From Ginglymostoma cirratum (Eukaryota), in assembly GCA_024137785.1 (NCBI GenBank), contig JAHRHZ010000032.1:13688400-13752399 (forward strand): a stretch of DNA of 64,000 nt, given 5' to 3'. The notes below the pieces were generated by a model, which was given only the letters and a program-made list of their open reading frames with translations, was not told the origin of the DNA and searched no databases. Position 1 is the stretch's first letter; each line of letters starts with the position of its first letter. This document shows positions 35,383 to 47,539 of this stretch, piece after piece. The position numbers and the translations under genes are program-made.

Positions 35383-38300
35383 TTTTTAACAAGTACTTTG
35401 CTGACTCTAAAGCATTTTGAGATATCCGGTAGTTGTGAAAAATACTACAGAAATGCAAGCTTTCTCTATAAGAATAATGCTGGTTACTGGGCTGTATCCT
35501 ACTTCCTTTTCCCGTTCCCCTGCATCTCCGTTTCTGCTGACTGGTTTACCTTATGTTTGTCCAGTGTTGGTGAGCTGCAGAAACAAATCTTGTTTGGTGC
35601 ATTTGATTCATCTGCAGCATAGCTTTGAAGTCTGAATCTAAATGTGGTTCAGTTCTCACCCAGTAGGGTGTGTACAGGATCCACACCATGTTTTAGCAGA
35701 AGTTGGTGTTGTGCCTCTATATTTCATGCTATCGCACCGAACACTTTTCAGGAATATGAGACTTTTCTCTACATGCTGCAAATCCACCTCAAATGCCCAT
35801 TTTCATGTGTTGATGCCTCATCTAAATAACCTTCATCCAATTCATTCCAAACAGCTTCTACAAATGTCGCGTATATTTAAATAAATTATGTTGTTTTAAA
35901 AGGCTTGACACACCTTTTAACTTCCCTGCAGCTATTTCCCTTCAAATCACCACAGTATTAAACTTTAAAGTGTCTCTTTAATTGCTATATGTGATTGCAT
36001 ACACGATTCCTACTTGTGTCACACATAACCAGTGACACTGGGAATTTGTTTAAATGTCATTTATGGCTGGTTGAAGTCCATTCAGTTTAGCTGCCCGGTA
36101 TCTGGTATGTGAAAAGACTTGAACAGTAGGATCTTGGTAGTCTTTTAGCTGGAATCCTGAAGCAGCTGTGAACAGTTGGAGAGTGGCAGTGCATATGATG
36201 TTCTGAGATTACTCTTATGCAGGCGGAACCTGATGTGAGGAAGTCCTGGATGTGCTTTCCCACCATATTTTCTCCCACTAGTTCCAGCAGCAACTGTTTG
36301 CACCTGAACAGACTGTGAAAACTTGCATGTTTAAGAATATGAGAACAGTGGCTTTTTATTATCTTGCTTTTACTAAGAACTGTGCAGTTAATGACTTTGA
36401 TTTATTTTTCCTGGGATTCAGCTTTGTTGATTTTTTAAAAATCTATAAAACCTGTTAAATGAAAATCCTATAAAATGGCTGGATTTATATTATTGGACAG
36501 GTGTTTGTTTTCAGTCAGTGTTGAATTTGAAAAGGTTTGGAATACTGCGTTAGCTTTAGCCTGGAACTTAATTAGCCAAAAGCTCACGTGCATTGGCAAA
36601 GTTATGACTGTAATTTCAACTGATGCATTTTTACATTTTATTGTCAGATACAATATATAGAAACAATGGTAGGGATGTGGTCAAAGTCAAAGCTGACCAA
36701 ATACCTTATCAGTTGAGGAAGTCATCCGTGCTGAATCAGTTCTAGCAGTGTTTTAATTTTAACTCTAACCCAAAGAGCAGCCCAGAACCTCAAAACCTAA
36801 TAGAGATAATTTTGAATTGTGGTCAAGCGAGCGTGGGCCCAAAAATAGACATTCTAAATTGACCCACAGTGGCAGAAATCAAACCTCGTGGAAAATTGAC
36901 CAAACTAAGTTAACCAGCAGCCAGCAGTTATCGACAATGAATAGGAAAAGTCAAGATCAAAGAGTTTACAAAGTTTCAAGGAAAGCCAGTTACAACCAGT
37001 CCAAAGGCTGCATATTGGAAATGTGTCGATCAGACATTCTGGCAGCTTGACTGCCTGAGTATGCATATTTTACACCTCCCAGCATGGCAACATGGTGATA
37101 GCATGACCCAATGTGAACCTGGTCCATGACTCCCATTGAGCAAAGGCCACAGAATATTCTGGAAGATATGGGGTGATGGGAGCGAAAAATACACACTCCT
37201 TGAAGCCTGTCCCTTAGTTAAGTCTCATTGAAGATTTAGCAAATACTGGTGAAGACTTGCTGGGAAGACTCATAGCAAGACTCACCGCAGAAAACTGTGC
37301 AGCAACCAAAGAAGACCCAGGAGAAGACCCAACCTGATCTGTGAGATCCACCTAGTGGAAGAGAGCCAGCACTATGTCAGGGAGGAAGTAAATTCCAACA
37401 GCCCAGCTCCAACATGTGGATCATTGTAGATAATATTCTTTCTCAAACAGATAGAGCCAGATAATAAGGAATATTTTATTAAGAAAGATCGAGTTGAATT
37501 GCAAATTGAATCCTATGTCCCTTTGCCTGCCTCGCTGATGAGCACTTGGGTAAAGTGTTTTTAATTCACAAATTGATCAAAGTGTCCAAAGCACAGACAA
37601 CAGATTTCAGTCCTTTGTTATTTTAAATGATTACTGTGCAAAATTGCTTATTAGCTATGTAGGTTTCAGGATTTATTTTATACCTAGAACAAACCAATCA
37701 AAAATATTTAACTTTCCTAAACTGACCTGTAATTTCATTTTTGTTTGTTGTATTTTTGCCCTGTCGGAACCTCCAGGTCATCATTTTGTGTGTTAGTACA
37801 CTAAAATGATACAGCTTATAGCCCAAGATTTTCCCCAGGTAAGATGCTATACAGCTGCTGGGTTGTATGAAACTTAATGGAATTAATGCAAAGCTACGTG
37901 CCCATCAGATCACAGTGCATTGGGCACAGCCAAACTCCGTTATAAGACATAGAAGCTTGAGGTCTCCTACATTGTAGAGACTGGGTTTGTTATTATTAAA
38001 GGCCTGTTTTCCTGGCAAATGTTAAGCTCATTAAGCCTTGTGAAAGAAAAATTAATGCTCTTGCACCATAATATATTCTTGCCACCTCAACAGTGCAGCA
38101 CCTCAAATATAAATACAGCTTCAAGGCTGAGTCTTGTTAGTGCCTGTAACAGAAGACAAGCTTGTTTGATAGTTGGAAGTCACTGCGTGCTTTATCATTA
38201 TAGCTAATCATATGCTTATCAACTTGTATTTCATTTAGTTGTAAACAGGGCTTACCTAGGTCCTAACTAGGTCTCTTGCTGGATATTTCTCTTTACTTGA

Positions 38301-38415
38301 TGAAGGAAAAGTCATGCAATGCTGGCATGCAAATCAAAGATGATTATAACCTGGTGCATTTTGCACAAACTTCCCTTTAATAAGCGTTACTATAAAATAA
38401 GTAGGAATAAAGAAG

Positions 38416-38563
38416 GCCAGGCAGCATCAGAGGAGCAGGAGAGTTGACGTTCCGACCCAAAACATCAACTTTCCTGCTCCTCTGTCGCTGACTGGCCTGC
38501 TGTGTCCCTCCAGTTCCACGCTGTGTTATCTCTGACTCCAACATCTGCAGTTTTTACTATCTC
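38416..38563. mobile_element. Penelope-derived fold-back mini-element with perfect 14-bp TSD
   Basis: TSD TAGGAATAAAGAAG at 38402-38415 and 38564-38577; arms CAGAGGAGCAGGAGAGTTGA / TCAACTTTCCTGCTCCTCTG. Confidence 0.85.
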
Positions 38564-38579
38564 TAGGAATAAAGAAGAC

Positions 38580-39190
38580 CTACAGTCACAGAATTTTGCA
38601 GTATAGAACAAAGCCATTCGACCCATTGTGTATGTACTGGCTCCTGAAAGAGCTACACAGCTGCTCCCACTCTCCAGCCCTATCTCCATAGCTGTCTAAG
38701 TTAATGACTTTCAAACATATATCCAGCATTTTTTAAAAACCTTATATGGAATCCACCACCCTCCCAGGTAGCACATTCCAAATCTTAACTACTCTCTGTA
38801 AAGAAGTTTCTCCTTATCTCACTCCTAGCTCTCTTGCTGACAATCTTGAAATTGTGATCCTAAGTTACTGATATACCAACTAGGAAAAACAGAATATCTT
38901 TCTTTATCCTGTCAAAATTGTTCAGAATTTAGAACACATCAATAAGGTCACCTCTTACCCTTCCCTAATCCAAGAGTAAAAGCGTAATTTCTCTAATCTT
39001 TTGTTGTATCTAAAATCCCGCATTCCTGGTGTCATTCTAATAAATTTCCTTTGCACTCTAGTGTTTTAACATCCTTCCTTAAATAAGGTGCCCAAAACTG
39101 AACACAATACTCCAAAAATGGTCTGACTAATGATTTGTAGAGGTGTAACATTACTTCCTTGCTTTTACACTCTATATTCTATACTTTATA
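38580..39190 (-). mobile_element. CR1 LINE 3' fragment
   Basis: GCCATTCGACCCA end and CCCAAAACTGAACACAATACTCCA (LEYCVQFW on the minus strand). Confidence 0.8.
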
Positions 39191-41789
39191 CCGGTGACAA
39201 AAGAGAACTTGAAAGAACTTGTGAATATACATTGTTCCTATTCTAATCTCAGATGCACAGCCAACTCACTAATGTTCTTCAGCCCAATAACCATTGAAGA
39301 ATAATACTTCCTGGAACTTTGACCTTTGTGCACCCCCTTCTGTCTTCCCAACAATATTGGCAATAGTGCCTTCAGCAGTCTGGAATTCCCTCTCTTAATT
39401 ACTCCACAACAGTGTCCTCTTTACAATCTCTCTTTAACCAAGCATTAAGTACCTATTTTAATTTCTCTTCTTTGGCAGGGTGTAAATTTGTGTTTTGCTT
39501 AGCTTCTGTAAAGCATAAAATAGCATCTTTAATTAGTGAATGTGTCATAGAAATAGTAAGTTTTGTTGTTGTAATATGCCAATAAGTTGGTACATGATTT
39601 CTAATAGTCAGTGATGTGCCTAATCAACGAGGATGTTGAGCTCTCCTATTCATGTAGTTGTTCTGCATCAATTAAATTCAAGGCTAATCATTCTCCATGC
39701 AAAAATCTTTCCTCATTAGCTAAAAATAATTTGGAACATAGTTACTTTGTCTTTCACAGCTGTTAGAAATATGGGATTTTTATGATCCTTATGCTTTGGG
39801 ACTGTCTGTTGAAGTTAGGATAGAATGAAGGGGATCATGTGATCTGTTTTGAAGTCTGTTTAACAACACGCCTGGATAATGTAACTCTTAAAGAATAAAG
39901 AAATATCCAGATTGCTTTGCTGAGAAGAAGGTGTAAAATGATAATATTTAGAGGCTATGGCAATAACATCTGTGCTTATCAAAGAGTGATCGTCAAAAGA
40001 AGTATAAGGAAGTTGTTCCTAATTTTACATAATAAATATTTTAAGCTTTAAGCTGCCTATTTAATACCAAGATAAAATAGAATTGGATTCTAAAGTAAAG
40101 CTAATAAACATTCCTACCTGGATACAAGGCCCACAAGATTCCTGTTGTCATGGAGATGGACTTTGAGAAAAGAAATTCTAATGTATCCCTGAAATGCACA
40201 GAAACAGTTAGACTGCTAGAACTTGGTTGCGAAAAAGCAGCTGGAAGCCAGAGGGCTCCATAATTATTGTGCAAGACTGCAGGAGGGAGTTGACATTTGT
40301 ATTGAAAAGAGAAAACTTGCGAGGACTTGAATTTTGATTGGAAGATTTACCTACCTTACATTTGAGGAAGAATCTCAGGTGGACAACTAAACTCTGACAG
40401 AAAATTATGACATTAAATATTACTATCTGAGAAAAGAAATGAACAAAAATAAACTTTTGGGAGCCAATAATCATTTTAAATTGGTTCTGAGAGAATTGAA
40501 TGTCTACATGAAGGACAGTGTAAAATACATCTGTGAAGTTTGTTTTGGTTATGCAAAAAATAAAAAGAGGGAAGTTTTATTCTATGGTTTAAATTATAAG
40601 TTGTCAACAAAAATACTGTTTATTTAATTGAACAATAGATAGATCTTATCAATTCCAACAAGCTAGCCCTAGAACAATAGATGCATCAGAAGCAATACTG
40701 CCAGAAATGCGGCATCAAAAGCCTCAAAGATACACCAAAGTGATCCTTCTCAAGCAATAATTCATTCTAAACCTCCAACCGTCATGAACTACAGCGTGCT
40801 CACAGTGACTGCAGAACCATAAAGTTCACCATAACAAAAAGTATATTCACTGAGGGCCTTGTCTTCTCTACCAGGAAACATCATGGCTGGGTTAATAAAA
40901 ACAAATGTACAGGACCTAGCCAAATGTAAGGATTGTGCCTTTTTACTGTTGTCTTTTAAAAACTGGGTACTGAAATGAGAAAAACTATTTCAAAAACTAG
41001 TGTATGAAATTATGGCTGCAGTTTTGAAAACCCGGAGGTTGATACACATGGCAGGCACTGCAAACACATATTTGAAGAAGCAATAATTGAAATTCAGATT
41101 GCAGACAATCTGGAGCCAAGGGTGTGCACTTTATAATGCTTTTATCCAGAATAAGAAATTGGTTGATCTATGGACTCATGACTATTATCAATGACAGGGA
41201 TCTTTTGCTTTCTAACAGCTGTGTGATTGGTTCTCAGGTGGCTAGGCAGCTTGGAGCTAGAAACAATGTAGACAGACATAGAGAGAAAGAGAGCGAAAGA
41301 AGTGAACAGATCTTCTTCCAACCTAGAACCTGCCTGTTCTCTGCAGTCAAAAACTTTATTTATGTCTGAAGAAAAACAGTTACTTTTCCTGCAGCAGGTG
41401 CTGTAAACTGTGACTTTTAAATTAATACATCAGAATCATTTTCCAAGTTAATCAGCCACTTTGTGTTCCTACAAACCTGTGGAAGCACCCAGAGAAAGAC
41501 ATCTGAACATTAAAATGTCTAGCAACTGAAGAAGGATCATCTGACATAAAAATGCAGTGGGAACCATGATCAGACCATGGCTAATATGTGAAATTGGATT
41601 AGTATTAAATCCAAGGAAGATGCATACATATTGGCCAAATAAAGCAACTGACTTGAGGAATGGAAACAGTTTGGATTCCAGAAAAGGGAGACAAAAGAAA
41701 GAGATTAAGTGGGGGCTGTGGGGGAAACAGAGCATGAGAGAAAGCTTGTATGGAACATACAAATTGATAGTAAAAGTTCAATAGGTACG

Positions 41790-43795
41790 GGAAGAGAAAA
41801 AGATAGTAGAGAAGAATATAGGTCCCCTCTGGTCAGAACCTGGAATTTTTATAGTAGGGAACAAAGAGATAGCAGACCAATTGGTGACATACTTTAGTTC
41901 ACAAAGGAACACACAGATAACATCCAAAAATTATGAGAGAACGCAGGACCTAATATAAAGGAGAAATTGAAGGAAACTAATATTAGTAGATAACTAGTAT
42001 TTGGGAAATGAATGGGATTAAAGGCAGATAAATCCCCAGGGCCTGAGAACCTTCACCCAGAGTACTTAAGGAATTGGCCCTATTGACAGCAGATCTGGTA
42101 CTGGTCATCTTCCAAAATTCTATAGACTCTGGAGCAGTTCCTATAGATTGGAAATGAATTAATGTAACACCACTAGTTCAAAAGGGTGGCAGAGAGAAAA
42201 CAGTGAAATCTAGACCAATTAGCTTTACATTAACAATGGGAAAAGTGGTTGAATCTATTATAAAAAATGTAATAGCGGAGCACTGTGGCATGGTGGCTCA
42301 GTGGTTAGCACAGCTGCCTCACAGTGCCAGGAACCCAGGTTCAATTCTAGCCTCGGGTGACTGTCTGTGTGGAGTTTGCACATTCTCCATATGTCTGCGT
42401 GGGTTTCCTCTGGGTGCTCTGGTTTCCTCCCACAGTCAAAACACGCACAGGTTAGGTGGATTGGCCATGCTAAATTGCCTGTAGTGTTCAGGGATGTGTA
42501 GATTAGGTGGGTTACAAGGGGACAGATCTGGGTGGGATGCTTGAGGCTCGGTGTGGACTCATTGGGCCGAAGGGCCTGTTTCCACACTGTAGGGATTCTA
42601 TTCTATAGAGTCAATGCATGTGGTTAACTTTGACTTTCAGAATAGTTTCAGTAAATTCATATGTAAGAGATTAGCATGCAAAAAATGCATGTAGGATTGG
42701 AAGGTGTTTACTAAAGTAGATTGAGTACTGGTTGGCACCCAGGAAACAAAATGTAGAATTAAATGGATATTTATCCAAGTGGTAAGCATTGACCAGTGGG
42801 GTAGCACAGTTATTCAGGATAGATTTTAACGATTTAAATGAGGAAACTATGTGTCATGTATGCAAGTTTGCACATTACACAAAGCTGAGTAGGAGGGTAT
42901 TGCTGTGACAAGGATGCAAAGAAGCTTCAGTGTAATTAGGACAAGATAAGTAAATGGTCAAATATATGGTAGATGCAGTATTATGTGGATGAATATGAGG
43001 TTATCCACTGTGGTAGCAAAAATAGGCAGGTACATTATTTTCTAAATGGTAATAGATTCAGAAAAAGGGAGGTGCAACAAAACCTGGGCATCCCCATACA
43101 CCAGTAACTAAAAGTAACTATGTAGGTACAAGCAGGTGATAAAGAAGAGAAATGATATGTTGGGATTGATAGCAAAAGAATTCCAACACAGGAGCAGGGA
43201 TGCATTGCTGCACTTGTATAGGGCTTTGGTGAGACTCTACCTGGAGTATTACGAGCAGTTTTGGTCTCCTTATCTGAGGAAGATCATTCTGGCTACTAAG
43301 ATAGTGTAAAGAAGGTTTACCACACTGTTTCCTGGGATAGCAGGACTGACATATGGGGAGAGATTGGCTCAGTTAGGATTATGTTCACTGAGATTGAGAA
43401 GAATGAGGGGAGAGTTCATGGAAACTTGTTAATTTCTAGCAAGATTAAACAGGGTAGATGCAGGAAGAATGTTTTTGATGCCTGTGCTGCCTAGAACCAA
43501 GGGTTACAGTCTAAGAATAAGTGAGAGGTCTTTTAAGAGGACATTTCTCTCACAGAGAGTAGTGAGCTCCTGGAATTCCCTGCCACTGGAAAGTGTTGAG
43601 CCAAAACATTGAAGACTTTCAAGAAACATGTAGATGTAGTTTTAATTCTTATGTCTAAAGGGATCAAAGATTATAGGAAGAAAGTGGGAATAGAGTACTG
43701 AATTGGATGATCAGCCATGATCATATTAAATGGCAGAGCAGATTCAACGGGCTGAATAGCCTATATTCTGTTCCTTTATTCCATGTTTCTATTTC
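41790..43795 (+). mobile_element. CR1 LINE ORF2 remnant with nested HE1 SINE
   Basis: LKADKSPGPENLHPRVLKEL, SRPISFT, LEYYEQFWSPYLRK and 3' end GGGCTGAATAGCCTATATTCTGTTCC. Confidence 0.85.
42285..42606 (+). mobile_element. HE1-type V-SINE
   Basis: GTGGCATGGTGGCTCAGTGGTTAGCAC...GGGCCGAAGGGCCTGTTTCCACACTGTAGGGATTCTATTCTAT. Confidence 0.92.
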
Positions 43796-43826
43796 AGCAT
43801 TGGAACCAGGAAGCAAAGCAAAGACC

Positions 43827-43828
<2 letters not shown>

Positions 43829-43867
<39 letters not shown>

Positions 43868-43889
43868 GCGCGCGCGCGCGCATGCACAC
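43829..43889. repeat. Compound (TG)n-(CG)n microsatellite, alternating purine-pyrimidine
   Basis: About 17 TG units, then CGTGTG, a (CG)n run and CATGCACAC. Confidence 0.95.
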
Positions 43890-44782
43890 TTCAAAGTTTT
43901 CATTAGTTATATCATACGCCAATGGTTTAAATCTGTTTACTTGTAGTGATAGTAAAATTACTTTTAATAAATAATTCTTAGTCAGTACAGAAACTTGGTG
44001 ATTGCTTTCAATCAACCTTGGTCAGAAAGTCAAGTAAATTTGGGTTCAGTGCGTATTTAATAAAAACTTTAACAATTTGTACAACCCTGTTAAAGCAGGG
44101 CTTGATTTATGATCTGCTACCCCAGTGGGACATGACAAAATTCAAGGACTGACCTGACATTTGATTAGATTAGAAACAGAGGCAATGAGAATTGGGTGTG
44201 GTATTAATCAAGATTGCAGGTGAAGGAAAACATCCGGCTCTATGCTGTGCTTGAGACATGGCATTGGTAACAGCAAACGATTTCCTGCATGGGGCAGGCT
44301 AGTCACTGTCAGTCTGAAAGGCTATTACAAAACCAAGGTTGATTGACTTGGTGGATAAATGGAAGGCAGCATTGCTTGACAGAGCTAGAAAGGCAGAGAT
44401 AATTGAGTTATTGCACAGCACTTGGATTGAGAGGAAATACAGAAATGGCTGATTACTTCAAGTAGTGAAGTGTCAGAAATGGCTGATATTCAGTTACAGT
44501 TAAAGCAGCTTGAGCATAAGGAGAGAATGTAGAAACTCGAGATCACTTAAAAGAAAGAAGAATATCTGTATATCCTCACAACTGTGGTCATGTCAACTCG
44601 AATCCCAGAAGCTCTTTAAGGACAATTGCAGCTGGAATAGTAGTGGAAAAATTAACAGAGTTTTTCTAATCATTGTGGACTACCAATTGAGATGCAGTCT
44701 GATCAGACTCCTAACTTCATGTTGAAAATATTCCAGGAAATTACTATCAGTTTAGGAATAAAACAATTGAAGCTAACTGTGT

Positions 44783-44915
44783 TCATTTCTGATGAAGGGT
44801 TTAGGCCCGAAACGTCAAGTTTTCCTGCTCCTATGATGCTGCTTGACCTGCTGTGTTCATCCAGCCCCATGCTTGTTATCTCGGATTCTCCAGCATCTGC
44901 AGTACCTTTTATCTC
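44783..44915 (+). mobile_element. 133-bp Penelope-derived mini-insertion with minimal hammerhead core and perfect 15-bp TSD
   Basis: TSD TGAAGCTAACTGTGT at 44768-44782 and 44916-44930; core CTGATGA-A-GGGT-TTAG-GCCC-GAAAC-GTC at 44789-44816. Confidence 0.9.
44785..44820 (+). ncRNA. Minimal type I hammerhead ribozyme motif (GUC triplet at 44814-44816)
   Basis: Perfect CUGAUGA and GAAAC boxes, stem II GGGU/GCCC, ACGU palindrome at stem III. Confidence 0.7.
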
Positions 44916-46889
44916 TGAAGCTAACTGTGTGTCGTCCACAAAGCTTTGGAGAGCAATAATCAGACTTTCAAAACCACAAGTAAAGTATTCAGTCATGAGT
45001 ACCCACAGAACGGGGAAATCATTATATTTTTTATTATTTGCTACCAGAGATTATCCAAATGAATCCACTGGATTTAGCCATTTTAATTTGTTTATGGCCA
45101 TAAATTTAGACATCTGTTAAAATTATTTAAGAAGAAGTTCTTGAAAGACAAATTTGAATTTTCAGTGTTGGACCATATGTCTATGTCTCTAGAAAGACTA
45201 TAAATAGACTCAGAGGAGCATGTAGGGTAGGGCAGGAATATTTATAAGTTTCATGTGCAAAAATGGAAAAAATGGGCAGACAAATCTTCAGCAACTAGAG
45301 TGTTTCAGGTGGGAGATGAAGTATAGATATTGTTGTCTTTCCAAGGTGAACTTATGAAAGCAAAATTCAGAAGTCCATAGTAAGTAGCTAATTGGGTTCA
45401 TAAAGTGTCTTAGCTGATAAATATTCTGTTCAGAAGGAAGAAGAATTGGTTTTGTCACATAAACATGCGAAAGAGGTATTATCGTTGTGAAGACAATAAG
45501 GAGAGCAAGTATGCCAAGTGGTAAGGGTAATGGAAGATGATGGAGATAATGAGAGTGATGTAGAAGAAAAAGTAGACAGTTCTCAGAGTGAATGTCCTAG
45601 AATTCAAACTGCTAACATGGAAATACTGGGATAGCTGCTGTGTTCTCATATTTACAGAAGGGCCAGTACAAGATACCATAAAAATACTGACAAGGTATGA
45701 GGTAATCTATAGAGATACATTTGGATGTATTACATTAGTTAGGCATGATGTGGATACAGAAGAGTCAGGACCGATAAAATTACATCCCTGTCACTTGAAC
45801 GCAGCAAAACCATGACAGTCAATGCTGTAATTCAGTATGTATTAGAGAACCACTTGATTGAACCAGGTCAAAACTGGAGTTCACCAAAAGTGTTGGTTCC
45901 TGAACCTGATGGATCAGGTAGAGTTTGTATAGATTCTTGAAAGGGGAATGTGGTCATAACAATAGATTTGTACCTGATTTCATGATTGGAAGATTGCATT
46001 GATAGTGTTGGCAATGTCTCATTCCTTTCTAAGATTGATTTATTGAAGGGGCACTGGCAAGTACCATTAACTTCAAGGGCTAAAGAAATATCCATGTTTG
46101 ATACACCAAGTGGATTATATCAATGTTGAGTGACGCAATTTGGGTTAAAGAACACTGAAGCTACATTCCAGAGGTTTATGAAACAAGTCACACCTGGTAT
46201 TTGTAGCTGCACAGTGCATTTAGATGATGTTGTACCCAAGGAGTATGTAGGACAAGTCAAAGACCTCTTGAAGCAATTACAATGATAAATGTAGTCAAAA
46301 GTAAATTTATGAAAGCAGGAGTGGCTTACTTGGATATATGATTGGATAAGTGTTACCAGGGACAGCAAAAGTGAAGTCTTTAATAGAATTTCCTGTTTTT
46401 AAAACTAAATGAGAAATCATAAGGTTTATAGAAATGTGTGGATTTTATTGGAATGCATGTGAAATTTCGGTATAATGGCTGTACCATTAACAAATTGTTA
46501 AGAAACAAGCAAAATTGGTCAGGTCAGCAGAATGCCAAACAACATTTGAGAAGACGAGAGCATTCATAAGAAAAAAGTGTTAGCCACCCATGACTTTTCC
46601 AGACCTTTGAAAATGGCAGTTGATGCTAGTGACTTGGGAGTAGGTACAGCTTTGTTAGAGGGTGATCAGTCGGGAGTAGAGAAGTCAGTGGGGTAGTTCT
46701 CTAAGAAATTAAAGTATCAGAAAAAAAACTGTACCATAGAAAAATAGGTTTTGTGATTGTTATTAGCCCTTTAGAACTTTGAAATCTAATTCTGACATGT
46801 GAACAAGGAAATGCCATTTTACGCTGACTATAATCCACTCGCCTTCATCGAAATGTTTACAATCGGAATGCAAGACTATTCACATGGAG

Positions 46890-47074
46890 ACAATAAGGAC
46901 TGCAGATGTTGGAAACCAGATTCTACAGGTGTAAGGCTGGAAAAGCACAGCAGGTCAGACAACATCCGAGGAGCAGGTAAGTCAACATTTCTGATGAAGT
47001 CTTTCAGCACGAAACATTGACTTACCTTCTCCTTGGATGCTGACTGACCTGCTGTGCTTTTCCAGCCTTACACT
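46890..47074. mobile_element. Penelope-derived fold-back mini-element inserted in gypsy RNase H
   Basis: Arms GTGTAAGGCTGGAAAAGCACAGCAGGTCAG / CTGACCTGCTGTGCTTTTCCAGCCTTACAC; central CTGATGA...GAAAC; TSD-like ACTATTCACATGGAG (46875-46889) / ACTATTCACAGTGGAG (47075-47090). Confidence 0.85.
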
Positions 47075-47457
47075 ACTATTCACAGTGGAGCCTGTTATTG
47101 TAACAATTTATTGAAGAAAGTATTCATATTATGGGAAAAGATAATGTAATTGGAGATAATGATTGACTCAGGGACCCTCTCTGACAGTTCATTTTTGGGA
47201 AAGTCACACGCATGCACTGCTGGTAAACTGGTTATCAGACTTTTGGAGCTTCTCTCTATATGAAATTAGTTGGAGTTTGTGAATCCTGATGTTAAGTTTT
47301 ACTTTTACATGGTCTTTGAATGCCTTCCAGATATTGTCTGGTCCTTTTGCTTCTGCTTCCTGATATTTTCTCCCAGTTGCTGCAATTTACCAGTCGCCGA
47401 ATCATTGTTTAAAAAATGCAAGCTTTTAACAGTAGGTTTCCAACTGAAGTGGCATTC

Positions 47458-47539
47458 ATGCCATTAAAATTTTGCACTGAGTTGGAAAAGAAAATCACAG
47501 AACCAACCGTGGTCTGGACACAGGTAATCCTTCTCAATG
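47458..47539 (+). CDS. Putative exon 1 (leader/signal peptide) of a single Ig V-domain gene: MPLKFCTELEKKITEPTVVWTQVILLN(G)
   Basis: ATG at 47458 with an open frame to a consensus phase-1 donor AATG|GTAAGT at 47539/47540; joined to exon 2 it gives the hydrophobic stretch VVWTQVILLNGLLTVLA. Confidence 0.65.

Larger units (their letters stand above)
43900..47170 (+). mobile_element. Decayed Gmr1-like Ty3/gypsy LTR retrotransposon (LTR end, gag remnant, INT-RT-RNaseH order)
   Basis: INT C-terminal FQVGDEV...MKAKFRSP (~45303-45380) precedes RT (WSSPKVLVPEPDGSGRVCID, SKIDLLKGHWQVPLT, FGLKNTEATFQR, VHLDDVV ~46214) and RNase H (AVDASDLGVGTALL ~46616, DYNPLAFI, RLF.WSLLL). Confidence 0.85.

Noticed and set aside
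43707-44015. ORFs with CVCV/HTHT repeats
   Set aside because: Translations of the TG microsatellite.
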